Source of the DNA: Octopus bimaculoides
Taxonomy: Eukaryota
DNA length: 32,457 bases
Direction of reading: 5' to 3'
Assembly: GCF_001194135.2 (NCBI RefSeq)
Contig: NC_068983.1
Span: 125,328,433-125,360,889 of the forward strand
The notes below the pieces were generated by a model. That model searched no databases. It had not been told where the DNA came from and was given only the letters and a program-made list of their open reading frames with translations. This document shows, in pieces, positions 11,158 to 22,899 of this stretch (within the stretch, counting starts at the first letter, position 1; every line of letters begins with the position of its first letter). Both the position numbers and the translations under genes were made by a program.

Positions 11158-11219
11158 TCGTGTACCGGTTTCGGAATTAACATTCTCTTACCGAAAATGT
11201 CTGTCCCTCTTCAGCACGA
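11158..11219 (-). ncRNA. Minimal type I hammerhead ribozyme with extended stem II
   Basis: The minus strand reads UCGUG-CUGAAGA-GGGA-cag-ACAUUUUC-gguaa-GAGAAUGU-uaa-UUCC-GAAA-CCGG-UA-CACGA. It has a 5-bp stem I, a complete core, a 4+8-bp stem II, a palindromic ACCGGU stem III and a GUA cleavage triplet. Confidence 0.82.
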
Positions 11220-11412
11220 CTGCACGGAAATTATAATTCTCAGAATCTTATACAAGTTGTGCACCCCTAGAGGCGAACGTGTATATGGTTCTGCTAATTA
11301 CAACTTAATGGTAAAAATCAAATGTCTTCGTTTTGGCGCGCTAATTCCGGAAATATCTCTGCAGAAAATGGTCACTGCGTAGCATATATCCAATTTGAGA
11401 ACGTGGTTATGG

Positions 11413-11462
<50 letters not shown>

Positions 11463-11535
11463 CACATACATACATATTCATATATATCTATATATATAGA
11501 AGTTCATCAATACATACGTACATATATATAAATCG

Positions 11536-11867
11536 TGGCACTCCGTCGGCTACGACGACGAGGCTTCCAGTTGATCGAAACAGCCTGCTCATGAAATTAA
11601 TGTGTAAGTGGCTGAGCACTCCACAGACACGTGTACCCTTAACGTAGTACTCGGGGAGAATCAGCGTGACAGGTGACAAAGCTGGCTCTGTGAAATACAC
11701 GTGCAATAGAAACATGAACAAAGGGAGAAAGTTGTGGTGAAGGATACAACAGGATTCGCCACCACCCCTTGCCGTAGCCTCGTGGAGCTTTACGTATTTT
11801 CGGTCAATGTCTGGGAATCGGGACCGCGATCCTACAACGGTGATCCTAACGACTTCGTCATTGCGCC

Positions 11868-11870
<3 letters not shown>
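11536..11870 (-). mobile_element. Full-length tRNA-derived SINE (octopod type)
   Basis: Minus-strand tRNA-like head gaaggcgcaatgacgaagtcgttagg...cgattcccagac, body aaagctccacgaggct, and 3' part gtacacgtgtctgtggagtgctcagccact...cctcgtcgtcgtagccgacggagtgcca. Confidence 0.72.
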
Positions 11871-11940
<70 letters not shown>

Positions 11941-11985
11941 ACGCACACACACACATGTATATATGTATGTATGTACGTATGTATA
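11871..11985. repeat. (AC)n/(ATGT)n microsatellite
   Basis: Seen directly in the sequence. Confidence 0.95.
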
Positions 11986-12164
11986 TCTTTTAATCAAAAG
12001 TCTGGCCTAGGGCTAAACAACAAAACAACAGCAGCAGCATAAATATATAATGAGGGAACATCTACATCAGCAATTAATTCTCAACGACTTTTCACCTATG
12101 GTCCCCTTTGATTACTACTTTATTCTGGTGGACCTCCGCCCCCACCCACTGGTCCCCACCCCAT

Positions 12165-12742
12165 ATCCTTTTGATGTTTAAGGATGGTATAACGATTGCT
12201 ATAAATTCACTTGGAATGCTTCCAGAAGATATAGAAACACTCGCCTCAGATCGAGTTGGATGGCGAACAAAAGTGTGGAATGGAATGAAAGCGTTTGAAG
12301 AGGCCAGGATAACACAAGCAAGACTCAGAAGATATTTAAGGAAGAATGTAAAGATCGAGAAGGTGAATGACAATGACCTTTTTTGTGTGCACAGTCTGTG
12401 ACAGACCATGCCTGTCTTTGGCTGGCCTCAAATCTCACCTGGGAACCCATGGAAAACAAACTTCAACCAACTATTCTGATTATATGTCTGTGCACACGTT
12501 TGAATGTGTTGTAGCCAGAAGGCTTGCAAATCCAATGGGGGTCTTAAAAGACATGTTATGATCCACAATGAGCAGAACTTACTTGCCGGTGTTGGTAGTT
12601 TACATCAGAGGTTCAATCTGTGTGGATATTGTTTCAGAACATTGTCTGGTTTAAAAAGCCACATCAGACGCCATGAAGGGGCTAAGGTGTAGGTACAGGA
12701 GGTGGTCAAACTCTGTGTAAGGAGTAAACAACCACCACCACG
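12165..12742 (+). mobile_element. RTE-clade LINE 3' end with three C2H2 zinc fingers and an (ACC)n tail
   Basis: FKDG...LGMLPEDIETLASDRVGWRTKVWNGMKAFEEAR is an RTE ORF C-terminal signature. It is followed by CTVCDRPCLSLAGLKSHLGTH, ECV..QKACKSNGGLKRHVMIH and NLCGYCFRTLSGLKSHIRRH...* (stop 12690-12692), then a short UTR ending aaccaccacca. Confidence 0.82.
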
Positions 12743-13531
12743 TATGTATATATGTATAGATGTTTTGATGATAGACATTAATTCGCGAATTTACTTATTG
12801 GTATTTAGTAATATTCATTTCCTCTCCATCTTCGGATGTAATATAAGTTTCAAAGGCAACTAATATTCTCAACAGCCACGGCTTGAAATCAATTTCCATT
12901 ATCACATATGTGTCTTAAATCATCATGGAAATATTAATCTTATTTACATATGATTTTATTTAATTCTTCGTGTTGGAATTTCACGTTATTTCATATTAAC
13001 AAATTTCAATTTGGCACCTTGGTTACAAATTAAACATTGAACATAATTGTATTTAATTCCCATATGCGGGTACTCGGAGACAGTTCCTTCATAAATTATT
13101 CATGCGTTCGTGAAGGAGAGATAGAATGCAAGTATGCACGAGATACTTCAAGTAACAAATATAGATATATTTCTAAAAAGTAAATCTTAAAAATGACATG
13201 ATAAAGACAGCTAAGTTTCTACTCTTTCGTGTTTTTTTCAAATATAAGCGGCATTCACTGAATGAGACATATCTATCCTGCATAATGCATTCTTCGATTC
13301 CTTATATATTTATAAGTACATGCGAGTTATAGTTGGAATATATCTGAATATTGTCCCACTGAATCCTGAATCAAAGGTTTCCCAGTACCAAACACTTGGC
13401 AACAAAACATTTGTAGCTGTCTGTTTCTGCTAAGTAGGTTTAATTCTGAATGCTTTATAAATGTTCGAGTACCCTTGAACTACATTGGAGTATATAACTC
13501 GGCGTTATTGCCTGAAATATACATTGGAAAT

Positions 13532-13538
13532 AACTAAC

Positions 13539-13569
<31 letters not shown>

Positions 13570-13572
13570 AAA
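13532..13572. repeat. (TAAA)n microsatellite
   Basis: Seen directly in the sequence. Confidence 0.9.
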
Positions 13573-14605
13573 GTATGAATAGCTCAAAATGGTCGACATA
13601 ATTGACTTTATATTGTATCTGACATAGATCGATAGTAATAATCAGTTAGGTACTAGTTTCAATGAATGGACTATGTTCCTTGAGCACAAAGGTGAACAGA
13701 GGGTAAGTTATGATGTCTATATTTACATAAAGTAAGTGGATCGACTGAAGTGTTAAATCACCGTTTAAAATTTCCTTAACATTTAGTTACGTTACATTAA
13801 ATTCTGAGTTTATTTACAGATATGTGCAATCGATTGTTCAGTCAGCATATGTTGGAATAGATATTAGACCAGACTCAGGTATTATATTACGGATGTAAAG
13901 TATTGTGTTAATGAGAATTGCAACATCAACTGATAAGTTGATTCAGTTTCCAAACTAACAGAACATGAGTTTTGACAGTGGTAGAAAGAGATAATCAATA
14001 TATTGGCATCACCTCAGTAATTAATTAATTCAAATGTTCCAAAAAATTTCTCTTGACACATTTGCAGATATAACAGAAAGTACATGTGTGCAAATACACA
14101 TTTTATGCTAGACTTAATATGTAGTCCTACTACGTACCATTACGTGATTGTGAAGTATATACACCAGAGTCCATTTTGATGCAAGAATATGAACAGCAAT
14201 ACCTATGTGTATATATCTTACTACATTCTATTCTCAAGTTTTGGGAAGTCCTTCAAAGTCTCTTTAGAGCAGCTATTTACTGCCGTGAATAAACGCTAAA
14301 GAAAATGAAGTACACGGCGAATATTAGTGTAATACAGCTAGTCTTTTTCTTTATCTAAATCCTCTAAAACTATATAATTTTATATTTAAAAATAATACTT
14401 CGTTTTGTACATTTGAATGTTTAAAACCCCAGTGTAAATATTAGTGATACCTCCTTAATAAATTCAATATATTATTCATTAATATCAGCTGTAATATCAA
14501 CGTCTATCTAGATTCATTCCATCCCTTTTAACGCTGAAATATTAGCAGAATACATTCCTATTAGTCTGTGATATATTTCAAAGCGTTGGTAACGTCCGGC
14601 TGCTG

Positions 14606-14636
<31 letters not shown>

Positions 14637-14982
14637 CAAGTTATACGCCTTCGTCATCATATTTGAAACAATCAACGCTGATATTTATCATGCAGATTAT
14701 CCCATAAAGATTAAAATGATATTGTGTAATTTCCTTATTATGTTGCATAACCAAGCAGTAAGTGATACAAACCTATCATGGAGAATTGCCGTAGAGAACT
14801 GGCATTTCATCAAATGCTTCTGCAGTCGTCCAGAGATCAAGGAAAAGTTTTTATAGGACTCGACGTAAAGCGCACACATGTATATATATATATGTATCCA
14901 TGCATACCTTCACACATACATACACCACATACACCTCATCACTCTCTCCCCCTCCATTTCTCTCTCTCACAATATATATATA

Positions 14983-15583
14983 TATGTTGCTTGAAATTAT
15001 ATATATTGCGAGAAGCGAGCTAATGCCAAATCTAGTAGACGATGTATCCAGTACTCTAGAGAGGCAGAAATAGGCCGAAACGGGACTAGTCTGCTGATCC
15101 TGTCGATGGACGGAGGTAGAGGTTCACTCCCTTGCTCGCAATATCTCGTATGCAGCTGTGCAACGTTAACCAGCTAGAGTAGATGCACACTTGAGGTTAG
15201 AAAAATCGCAGTAAATACCGTTCGAACGGACAGCTGTTGTTGAAGTAGCTACGAACATTATTTGTTACTACAACTACTACGTTGCTGCCTTAGAGAGATG
15301 TTACATTTAGATTTTTCACTTGTAAACTCATCGACTGTATGTCGCTTGAAATTATATATATTACAGACACAAGCGAACTAATGTCATCTCTAGCAGACGA
15401 CGCGTCCAGTACTGCAGAGAGGAAGATATAGCCGGAAACCAAGCTGGTTTGCTGGTCCTGTCGCTACATGGTGGTAGAGGTTCGCTCCGCTGCTCGCAAT
15501 AGAGGAGCTATCTTCTTGGGGCTAAAAAATTGCAGTAAATTCCGTTCGAAAGGACAGCCAAGATGAATTTGTTATGAACATTA
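14983..15583. repeat. Diverged direct duplication: units 14983-15260 and 15338-15583
   Basis: Shared blocks gcttgaaattatatatatt, ccagtact, gtagaggttc(a/g)ctcc, gctcgcaat, gcagtaaat(a/t)ccgttcgaa(c/a)ggacagc and gaacatta. Confidence 0.85.
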
Positions 15584-15598
15584 CTTATATATGATATA

Positions 15599-15608
15599 NN
15601 NNNNNNNN
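15599..15608. other. Assembly gap (short)
   Basis: Run of N. Confidence 1.
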
Positions 15609-15770
15609 AGTGGTTGGCGTTAGGAAGGGCATCCAACTGTAGAAACTCTGCCAAATTAGATTGGAGCCTGGTGTTGCCATCCGGTTTCACCAGTCCTCAG
15701 TCAAATCGTCCAACCCATGCTAGCATGGAAAGCGGACGTTAAACGATGATGATGATGATGATGATGATGA
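15609..15770 (+). mobile_element. RTE-type LINE/SINE 3' tail with (GAT)n
   Basis: tggcgttaggaagggcatccaactgtagaaac...aacccatgctagcatggaaagcggacgttaaac(gat)n. The ggaagggcatcc motif and microsatellite tail are typical of RTE 3' ends. Confidence 0.75.
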
Positions 15771-15796
15771 TATATATATATATATATATATGTATA

Positions 15797-16907
15797 TTGT
15801 TGGCAAGAAAGTAATTTCGTTTTACGCAAATAGATTTACGATTTTTTGGAATGCCTTTTGTCAATGTTATGATTTTTCTCCTTTGACCCGTTACTATCAG
15901 CTTACTTTAGAAGCAAATTGCTTACTTTAGAAGCAAATTACTTTAGAAGCAAATTTTGTCTACAGCTGTTAGTTCAGTATCACATATTTTGCTTTTTTAT
16001 TTCCCTAAAGGCAAGAAAACTGCTTAGACTCACAAAGAGATATGTGAAGTTTATGGTGTTGAGTGCTTAACAAAACTCGCTTGTCAGAAATGGTTTTAAA
16101 AATTCTATTCAGGAGATTTTTCACTCAAAGATAACAGCGTTTTGGTCAACCTACTGAAGTTAGTGATGACCGAATCAACGCCATAATTGAAACTGATTGT
16201 CATATAACTGTGCGAGACATTGCCGAGAGGTTAAATGTATCACACACAACAATTGAAAATCATTTAAGATGTTTTGGACTCGTTGAGAAGCTCGACATTT
16301 GGATTCCACATAATTGAAAGAGATTCACTTAACAAAATGAATCAATATTAGGGATATGCATCGCAACCGCAATGAAATCAGCTTTTTTTTTTAAAACGAA
16401 CCATTACTGGGGATGAGAAATGAATCGTCTACACTAATATCAATCATGGTCCTCGCGTAATGAACCAGCATAAACCATATCGAGAGCCGAATTGTATGAA
16501 TAAAATGCCATACTGTCAATGTCGTCGGTTACTAATGTGTTGCGTACTTTGCGCAGCTTCCAAGGAACCAAACGTCTTTGCTAACTCGTGAAAAATTACT
16601 GGAACATGGTTGGGAAGTGATGTTACATTCATCAAATAGCTCTGCACTTGAACCATCAGATCACCATTTATTTCGAAGTTTGCAAAATTGTTTGAATGGT
16701 AAACTTTTTAATAATGATGATGACCTGAAATCGCTTCCGTTTTTGACTGATAAGGACCAGAAGTTCTACGAGCGCGGAATAATTAAGTTTCTAGAAAGAT
16801 GGCAAAAGGACCTCGAACAAAATGGAAAATATATAAATGATTAAAATTCATTCTTTGTATGAAAAAATGACTTTTAAAAAACCGAAATTACTTTCTTGCC
16901 AACCCAA
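15797..16907 (+). mobile_element. Mariner transposon, internally deleted pseudogene with TIRs and TA duplication
   Basis: TA|TTGTTGGCAAGAAAGTAATTTCG...CGAAATTACTTTCTTGCCAACCCAA|TA. The translation includes HILLFYF..., WF*KF.SGDFSLKD, DIWIPH, ITGDEK* and PSDHHLFRSLQN...GKYIND*. Confidence 0.95.
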
Positions 16908-17449
16908 TACATGCATCACAGTATCATTGCATTGTTTTGTTATTATTATAAGGTTTAAGATGGAAACACGGACACTTCCTCTAAACCCATTCCCTCTTAA
17001 CTGAATAAATTGCTATTAGCTTCCATGTCTCAATCAAAAGGTTATGTCCTTAATCTGACTACGCGTTATACAAAAACTACAGCATTTATTTTTCAGAATA
17101 GCTTATCGTATCGCACTAAAATGGCCTTTCTTTATTCTCTGTTTAACTAAAATGTCATATACGAAAGCATTTTCAATACCAACTCCACAGACACGTAAAT
17201 TTCTAGAGAAATAGAATTTACTATAGTCATTGGTATCTTCATAGCATTCAAGCTTTCATTGAATTATCTGGTGATGAACCACTTGACCACGATATCATCT
17301 TAATACATTTGTAACCGTATCCGGACACATCCCACAAAATGTCAGAATAAAATATCTAATACTTTGCGCACCAGTGTATAATGAACAAATATATAAGCAA
17401 TTCTCTGAGTAGAGAATCTACATGTCTGCATGTTTAGTGTTCTACTTTT

Positions 17450-17451
<2 letters not shown>

Positions 17452-17498
<47 letters not shown>

Positions 17499-17571
17499 AT
17501 ATATATATATATATGTATGTATATACACGTATATATATATATATATNNNNNNNNNNTATATATATATATAT

Positions 17572-17624
<53 letters not shown>

Positions 17625-17690
17625 TGTGTGTGTGTGTGTATACACGCACATACACACAGGCATATATATGTAAGTGTGTATATATAATAC
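17452..17690. repeat. (AT)n/(GT)n microsatellite containing a 10-N gap (17547-17556)
   Basis: Seen directly in the sequence. Confidence 0.95.
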
Positions 17691-19099
17691 AAAGGAATAT
17701 GCATGGCAACAAAACTATGGAAGTGATCAAATTCATCAAATAATTTCGTTCTTCTCATGCACCAAGCATATTGAGGAAATCTGATAGTTATAGGAAGAAA
17801 AAAAGAGAGTATTAAGCTCTCAGCTACTGGATTAGTATTCCAAACGGGAAACTACTTTTAACGTTATATTAGATTATTCAGTTTTTTTTGTTGTTGCTTT
17901 CATTGTTGCCGGAAAGACTGATGATGTCTTAGACATTTTGTATGGATTATTAATATTATTATTTTTTATTTCTGTCTTCATTTGAATGTATTTACTAATC
18001 CATTTATGTCAGGTTTCTCAAGTTCCATTGAAACGCATTGGTTTAAGAAATACATTATCTTCCTTTTTGCAAGTTTTCCCAGGCTTTCTATTAGATATGC
18101 TTCGACATTTTGTGCAGCATTCTAAAACAATTACGGTGATATATTTTACCCTAAATATCTATTACATAAATGTTATTTTACTATTTTCATAATTGATCTC
18201 TTTTTTACTAACCGAATATATTTCAATTCAGAGAAACTCAGGGAATAAATGATATTATTAAATACTCAATCAATGTTTTCCTCCACAAACAAAGAATTAA
18301 AATTTCCAGTAAAAATTGAAAATATCTATTTAGTTAATTATATTATGTCTATAATACATACACACAAACATATACATACACATATATGCGTACATGCACA
18401 CAAACACATACACATTCATATAAATATATACATATGTATATGTATGTATATCTGTAAGTATATATGAATGAATATATAAGCTAAATTAAGGTTATTATTT
18501 TAAAGAAACTTTCAGGAGCTGAGGAGAATCTGTATTTGGGCAAGACACCATACTGAGAGTAAAATGAAATTATTCATTATAAAATTCTGTTTGGTTGGCT
18601 CTTCAAATGTTTCCCAAAGCATAATTTTCCCAGTGAAATCAGCTGAACATTAAGAATGTGTCTGCGAAAATTGATGAACAGCTTCGATTAATTATGTGGG
18701 TGTTTATACATTAATTAATTTTTTTAAAGTTAAAATCTAATGAATTGTTAATTTTTACATTTTATCGAACATTATCTACTCATTTCTTAATTATTTTATA
18801 TATTTTAAGTATTAGCGATCTGTATACATACTTTAAGTGTTCATAATGTTGAAAACTGTTTTAATTGCGGTATTCGTCTCGACAAAATTTCTGTTATAGG
18901 TATATAGTGTTAGCAAACCCAGAAAAATACCAGCAGCAGGTTACGTTTAACCAGAAGCATTGTCAAATCTGGTTTCAGCAAATATTAGCTTCATCAATGG
19001 CAAAATTCCACCTTCATTGCATGCCAAGCGAATATTTTGAGTGAGCATAGAGTTTTCTGCCTTCACGTTACCAGTTGTTTTCAAAAACCGTCTTATTGT

Positions 19100-19480
19100 C
19101 TAGTGTGATGGATTTACTCGTGCAAGTGGTTTCAGAGTCTTACTCACATTAGATTTCTCACTACCTTTTGGGCTATGCTCGAAATCTTCACTTAAAACAT
19201 GGAACCTATTAAGTGATAAAATTTGTTCTGAATGTTCATGTGACAAGTTATAAATTTTAGTCGTCTTTCTAGGGGTAATCAATTTCTGGGTGGGTGATAG
19301 AAACTGAATGACTTCTGTGGTTTGCAGACATTTGAAAAACCTTTAGTTTCGGGGAAGGAACAAAATTATTGTTTTCGAGGCAAATTCTTAAATGTGCCTG
19401 CACATTTGACTGATCAAATAAACATTTTTTCTGGAGCGTCTCCAAAGACCAGATCAATGCATACGCCAGGGCAAAAATAA
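19100..19480 (-). mobile_element. Possible retroelement ORF N-terminal segment (PLE-like), in inverted orientation
   Basis: QAHLRICLENNNFVPSPKLK and KIYNLSHEHSEQILSLNRFHVLSED weakly resemble N-terminal regions of PLE/LINE ORFs. Confidence 0.3.
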
Positions 19481-19539
19481 AAATAAAAATGATGATCGAA
19501 CCTGGCATAACTGATTTGAAAAGAATCTTAGTTAGCATC

Positions 19540-19934
19540 CCGATAAAGTTCGGGATGGACGTTCTCAAGCACTACTGGAATTTCCTGTATCTTGTGAGAC
19601 AGGCATTAGGGAAACTTTAAAACAAGTGGAAAGAAGTCCTAGAATAACCTCAGTAATTCCCAACGTTACAAACTCTGATGTCTAGCTAATACCGATTCTG
19701 TTTTAATTAAAATGGTGGATAATAGAGGAGCTTTCATAGTTATGGACAAAAGTGAGTATATTTCAGCATGTGAAGAATTTTTAAGAGACAAAATTTCATA
19801 TTAAAAATTATCTGTCGATCCAAGCCCCTATTACAGATAGGAACTTGACAAAATAAGTCTGAATATGGAGGAAAACATTAATAAGGACGAATCTAGAATT
19901 TTAAGGTCAGAAAGAAGAAAACCTATATTTTATT
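19540..19934 (+). mobile_element. Penelope-like RT N-terminal fragment, decayed
   Basis: PNVTNSD...VLIKMVDNRGAFIVMDKSEYISACEEFLRDKISY*KLSVDPS...RKPIFY matches the PLE pattern IKPADKGGAxVxMDKxxY...YxKLxxDPT...PxFY. Confidence 0.78.
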
Positions 19935-20024
19935 GTGAAAGGCAAAGTCGACCTCAGCGGAATTTGAACTCAGAACATAAAGACAGACGAAATATCGCTA
20001 ACGTTTCTGCCAGTTCACCGCCTT
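19935..20024 (-). mobile_element. SINE 5' head (same family as 4003-4227); truncates the PLE fragment
   Basis: Reverse complement aaggcggtgaactggcagaaacgttagc...tctgagttcaaattccgctgaggtcgactttgcctttca. Confidence 0.8.
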
Positions 20025-20401
20025 CGAAATCGTCGTTATTGCCATATATTTTGGGGTTTCACACACACAGACTTTAGTGAATTGATGACTTCAGTTAGAG
20101 GATCTTTGAAATCCATTCAATAAACGTTTTTAGTTGTATGTAAACTGTAATATAATACCAAAACGGTAGTTTTCTTACCCACACAATATTTTAAACAATA
20201 TAGGTGAAGTAAATTGTAGTGCATTTTGTCTTTAATGCTACTTCGATTTTGAAACGCTTAACGCAATTTGATGACTATTAATTACTATAGACTATTCAAC
20301 TATGCACGGTGTCTGGATCTTATCGTGCTAATTTACATCGTAAGGTTTCTTTAGATGAAAAGCTTTGATGTAGCTAATGAATGATCACATCTTAATATTG
20401 G

Positions 20402-20512
20402 TTTCAAAATTTGGCAGGAAGCCGGTAATTTCGTGGAAGGAAGGTGAATTGCATCGATCCCATTACTAAACTGTTACTTATTTTATCGATCGTAGAAAGG
20501 ATTTTCTTATTC
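20402..20512 (-). mobile_element. SINE 3' half (same family as 4003-4227)
   Basis: Reverse complement atcctttctacgatcgataaaataagtaacagtttagtaatgggatcgatgcaattc...cctgccaaattttgaaa. Confidence 0.65.
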
Positions 20513-21469
20513 ATGCTTCGTTCTTTCGATTTATTCAGCCTTATGCTGTAACCGCTGAATGTTAAGTGCTTACATTTCCTTTTATGTTTTCCTCCCATTC
20601 TAACTAACTTTCTGTTAATTACTTTTACACTTACTTTGTGTTTGTCAACTTTCCACTTCTTATTCGTATATTTAAATCTATAGATTCAGAGCATAAGGCT
20701 TCCTGATCTACATAGTTATTGCGTCCGATCCGCACTCCGATTACTCACATCGTTATTTGAAGTATATCAAATCCTGGTAAAAAGAAACAAATGCATGTAA
20801 TAGTTATTCCATTAACTAAAACTAAATTTCTAAATGCAACAATCATCTACATGGCATAGTAAGTAAAAGTAGAATAAAAAAATTATGAAAACCATAACTA
20901 CGACATAAAATAAAAACACATTTTAAACTTAAAATATACAAAATATGGAACTATTAGCAAAATCAACTGAAGTGTCTATCATAAAAACTAGTGACTAGAA
21001 GTTATTGAGACACATGTCATTGTTTCTTTGTTAAATCTTCTTAAATGTCTGTTTGAATTCCAATTAATGTTCCCTGTAATTTGACTCCGACATCCGGCTT
21101 CATTTTACCTTTATGTTCGAGAGCTTCCGAAATTTTTTATGAATTTTTGTGGATCGGAACATCATTAGGACACTAACAGCATTATGTGATATCAAAGGGT
21201 TAAATAGAAATTTAGTGTAGCCAGAACGTCTATGAATCTAGTATTTGCAGTTATTTTTCACGTGAAGATATCAAATAAACGTCCACTCAAAAAGCTTTTC
21301 TCGGACTTAATGGAGAAACTTCATATAATCTATATTGCAATGGGATACTGGTGAACTTTCAGAATTTAATTTTGTTATGTATTATGTACGTTTTAAGTTA
21401 AATGGCTTATTATTTGTACCTTAATATTGAAAAGAAGGGAATTGTCTAAGAAAGCATGATCATAATTAG

Positions 21470-22260
21470 GAAAAGGAAATGCGTTATATTGGCAACATTA
21501 GACTTGAAATTTCAAATCAAATCGTTCTTATATTAATTAATTCTTTCATGTTTGGTATTAAATGAATATACCTCTAAACTGTTCATAAGTTATGCTAGGG
21601 TAAGCAAAAATGTTTTCAGAATTGAAGTTATCGGGGGCATTTTCCTTCAAACAAAAATTTAAAAATTCTGTTCTCTCTTCTTGCAATTCATAAAGCTACG
21701 CAAGTCTGTTTCCTCCTGAATTAATCACAATCGCATATTTGAGTGAAATGTAAAAATCTATGCTCCAAATCTGTATTTTATCAATTTTTTTTTCAGGAAA
21801 TACTTATTTAATGTTTCAGCTGACTATTACAAATTTGATAGCCAGGTTCATGTCTCCACTCAAATCTAAAACAAGAGTTTTGGGTATTAATGCTTCATCA
21901 TGAAGGGTGCAGTGTATAATTACACCCGTTGGGTATTTTACTATTCATAAAATGGCATTGCATACCATATACTTATGGAGATGTGTCAGTACAGATCAGA
22001 TGAAACAGATTTTCTTGAAAAAATATTCTAACAAGTGAAAAGTATCAACATTTTCCATAGCATGACAAAAGATATCTTCTCTGAGATAAAACACATTTAA
22101 TTTGCTGTAAGTTCAGAGCAATTTTAGTCATTTTTTTCTCGGTAAATGAGAAACAGGATATTACTTCGTACTTAGTTTTGAAGTCATAAGATATTTCGAC
22201 ATTCATATCCGTCACGGTATCTTCTGACTCAAAAATGTTAGAATACTTCTGAATATACTC
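21470..22260 (-). mobile_element. Heavily decayed hAT (Charlie/SPIN/Buster-like) transposase fragment
   Basis: Across frameshifts: YSNIFESEDTVTD (cf. FSLALDESTD), REDIF...ICTDTSP (cf. GEDIF...TDGAP), IHCTLHDEAL (HCxxHQEAL), GNRLA*LYELQEE..EFL and NITHF, in the expected order. Confidence 0.68.
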
Positions 22261-22629
22261 CTTACCAAGATACATTTCTAATATTCACAATAAAACCCAT
22301 TATGCTGTAAAGTAAATGAAGAAACGTGGACAATATTTCGTATAAAACCCATGATAGCATGGCTAGCAAATACTAATCAGACTCAATGTGTCGTTAGCCA
22401 GCTGCAGGAAATGTTTTCCTGGGGCTATAAACAACAGTAGCATCGTCTCCTATGGGTCCGCCACATCTAGGCGGCAAATATACTATGTATATATATATAT
22501 ATATATACATACGTGCAAACATACATATATAATGAATGTAAGTATGCATGTATGTATGTATGTATGTATGCATGTATATATGTATGTATATATGTATCTA
22601 TCTATCTGTCTGTTTGTCTATCTATCTAT

Positions 22630-22899
22630 ATTATCAAATAAGTGCAGGAAAATTATATCAAAAAATCATCACAAGATATAAATCCCAAATAATATTCTAT
22701 TAATAGATAGATATATAAATATATAAATCATGACATTTTAAAAGGTTTAAAAGTTTTAAATATATATATATATTCAACTTTTAAACCTCTTAAATAATCA
22801 TAATTTATATATTTATACAACTATCTATTAATACAATATTATTTTTGAACATATATCTTCTTCGATGATTTCTTGATGTAAAGTTTTCTGCGCTTATTT

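Noticed and set aside
15665-15702. Minus-strand CTGAGGA-ctggt-GAAA-ccgg resembling a hammerhead core
   Set aside because: Stem II cannot form, there is no NUH or stem I, and it lies inside the RTE tail.
22458-22487. ccgcc-acatcta-ggcgg hairpin followed by ctatg as a Helitron 3' end
   Set aside because: Only a 5-bp stem, no CTRR and no matching 5' end.
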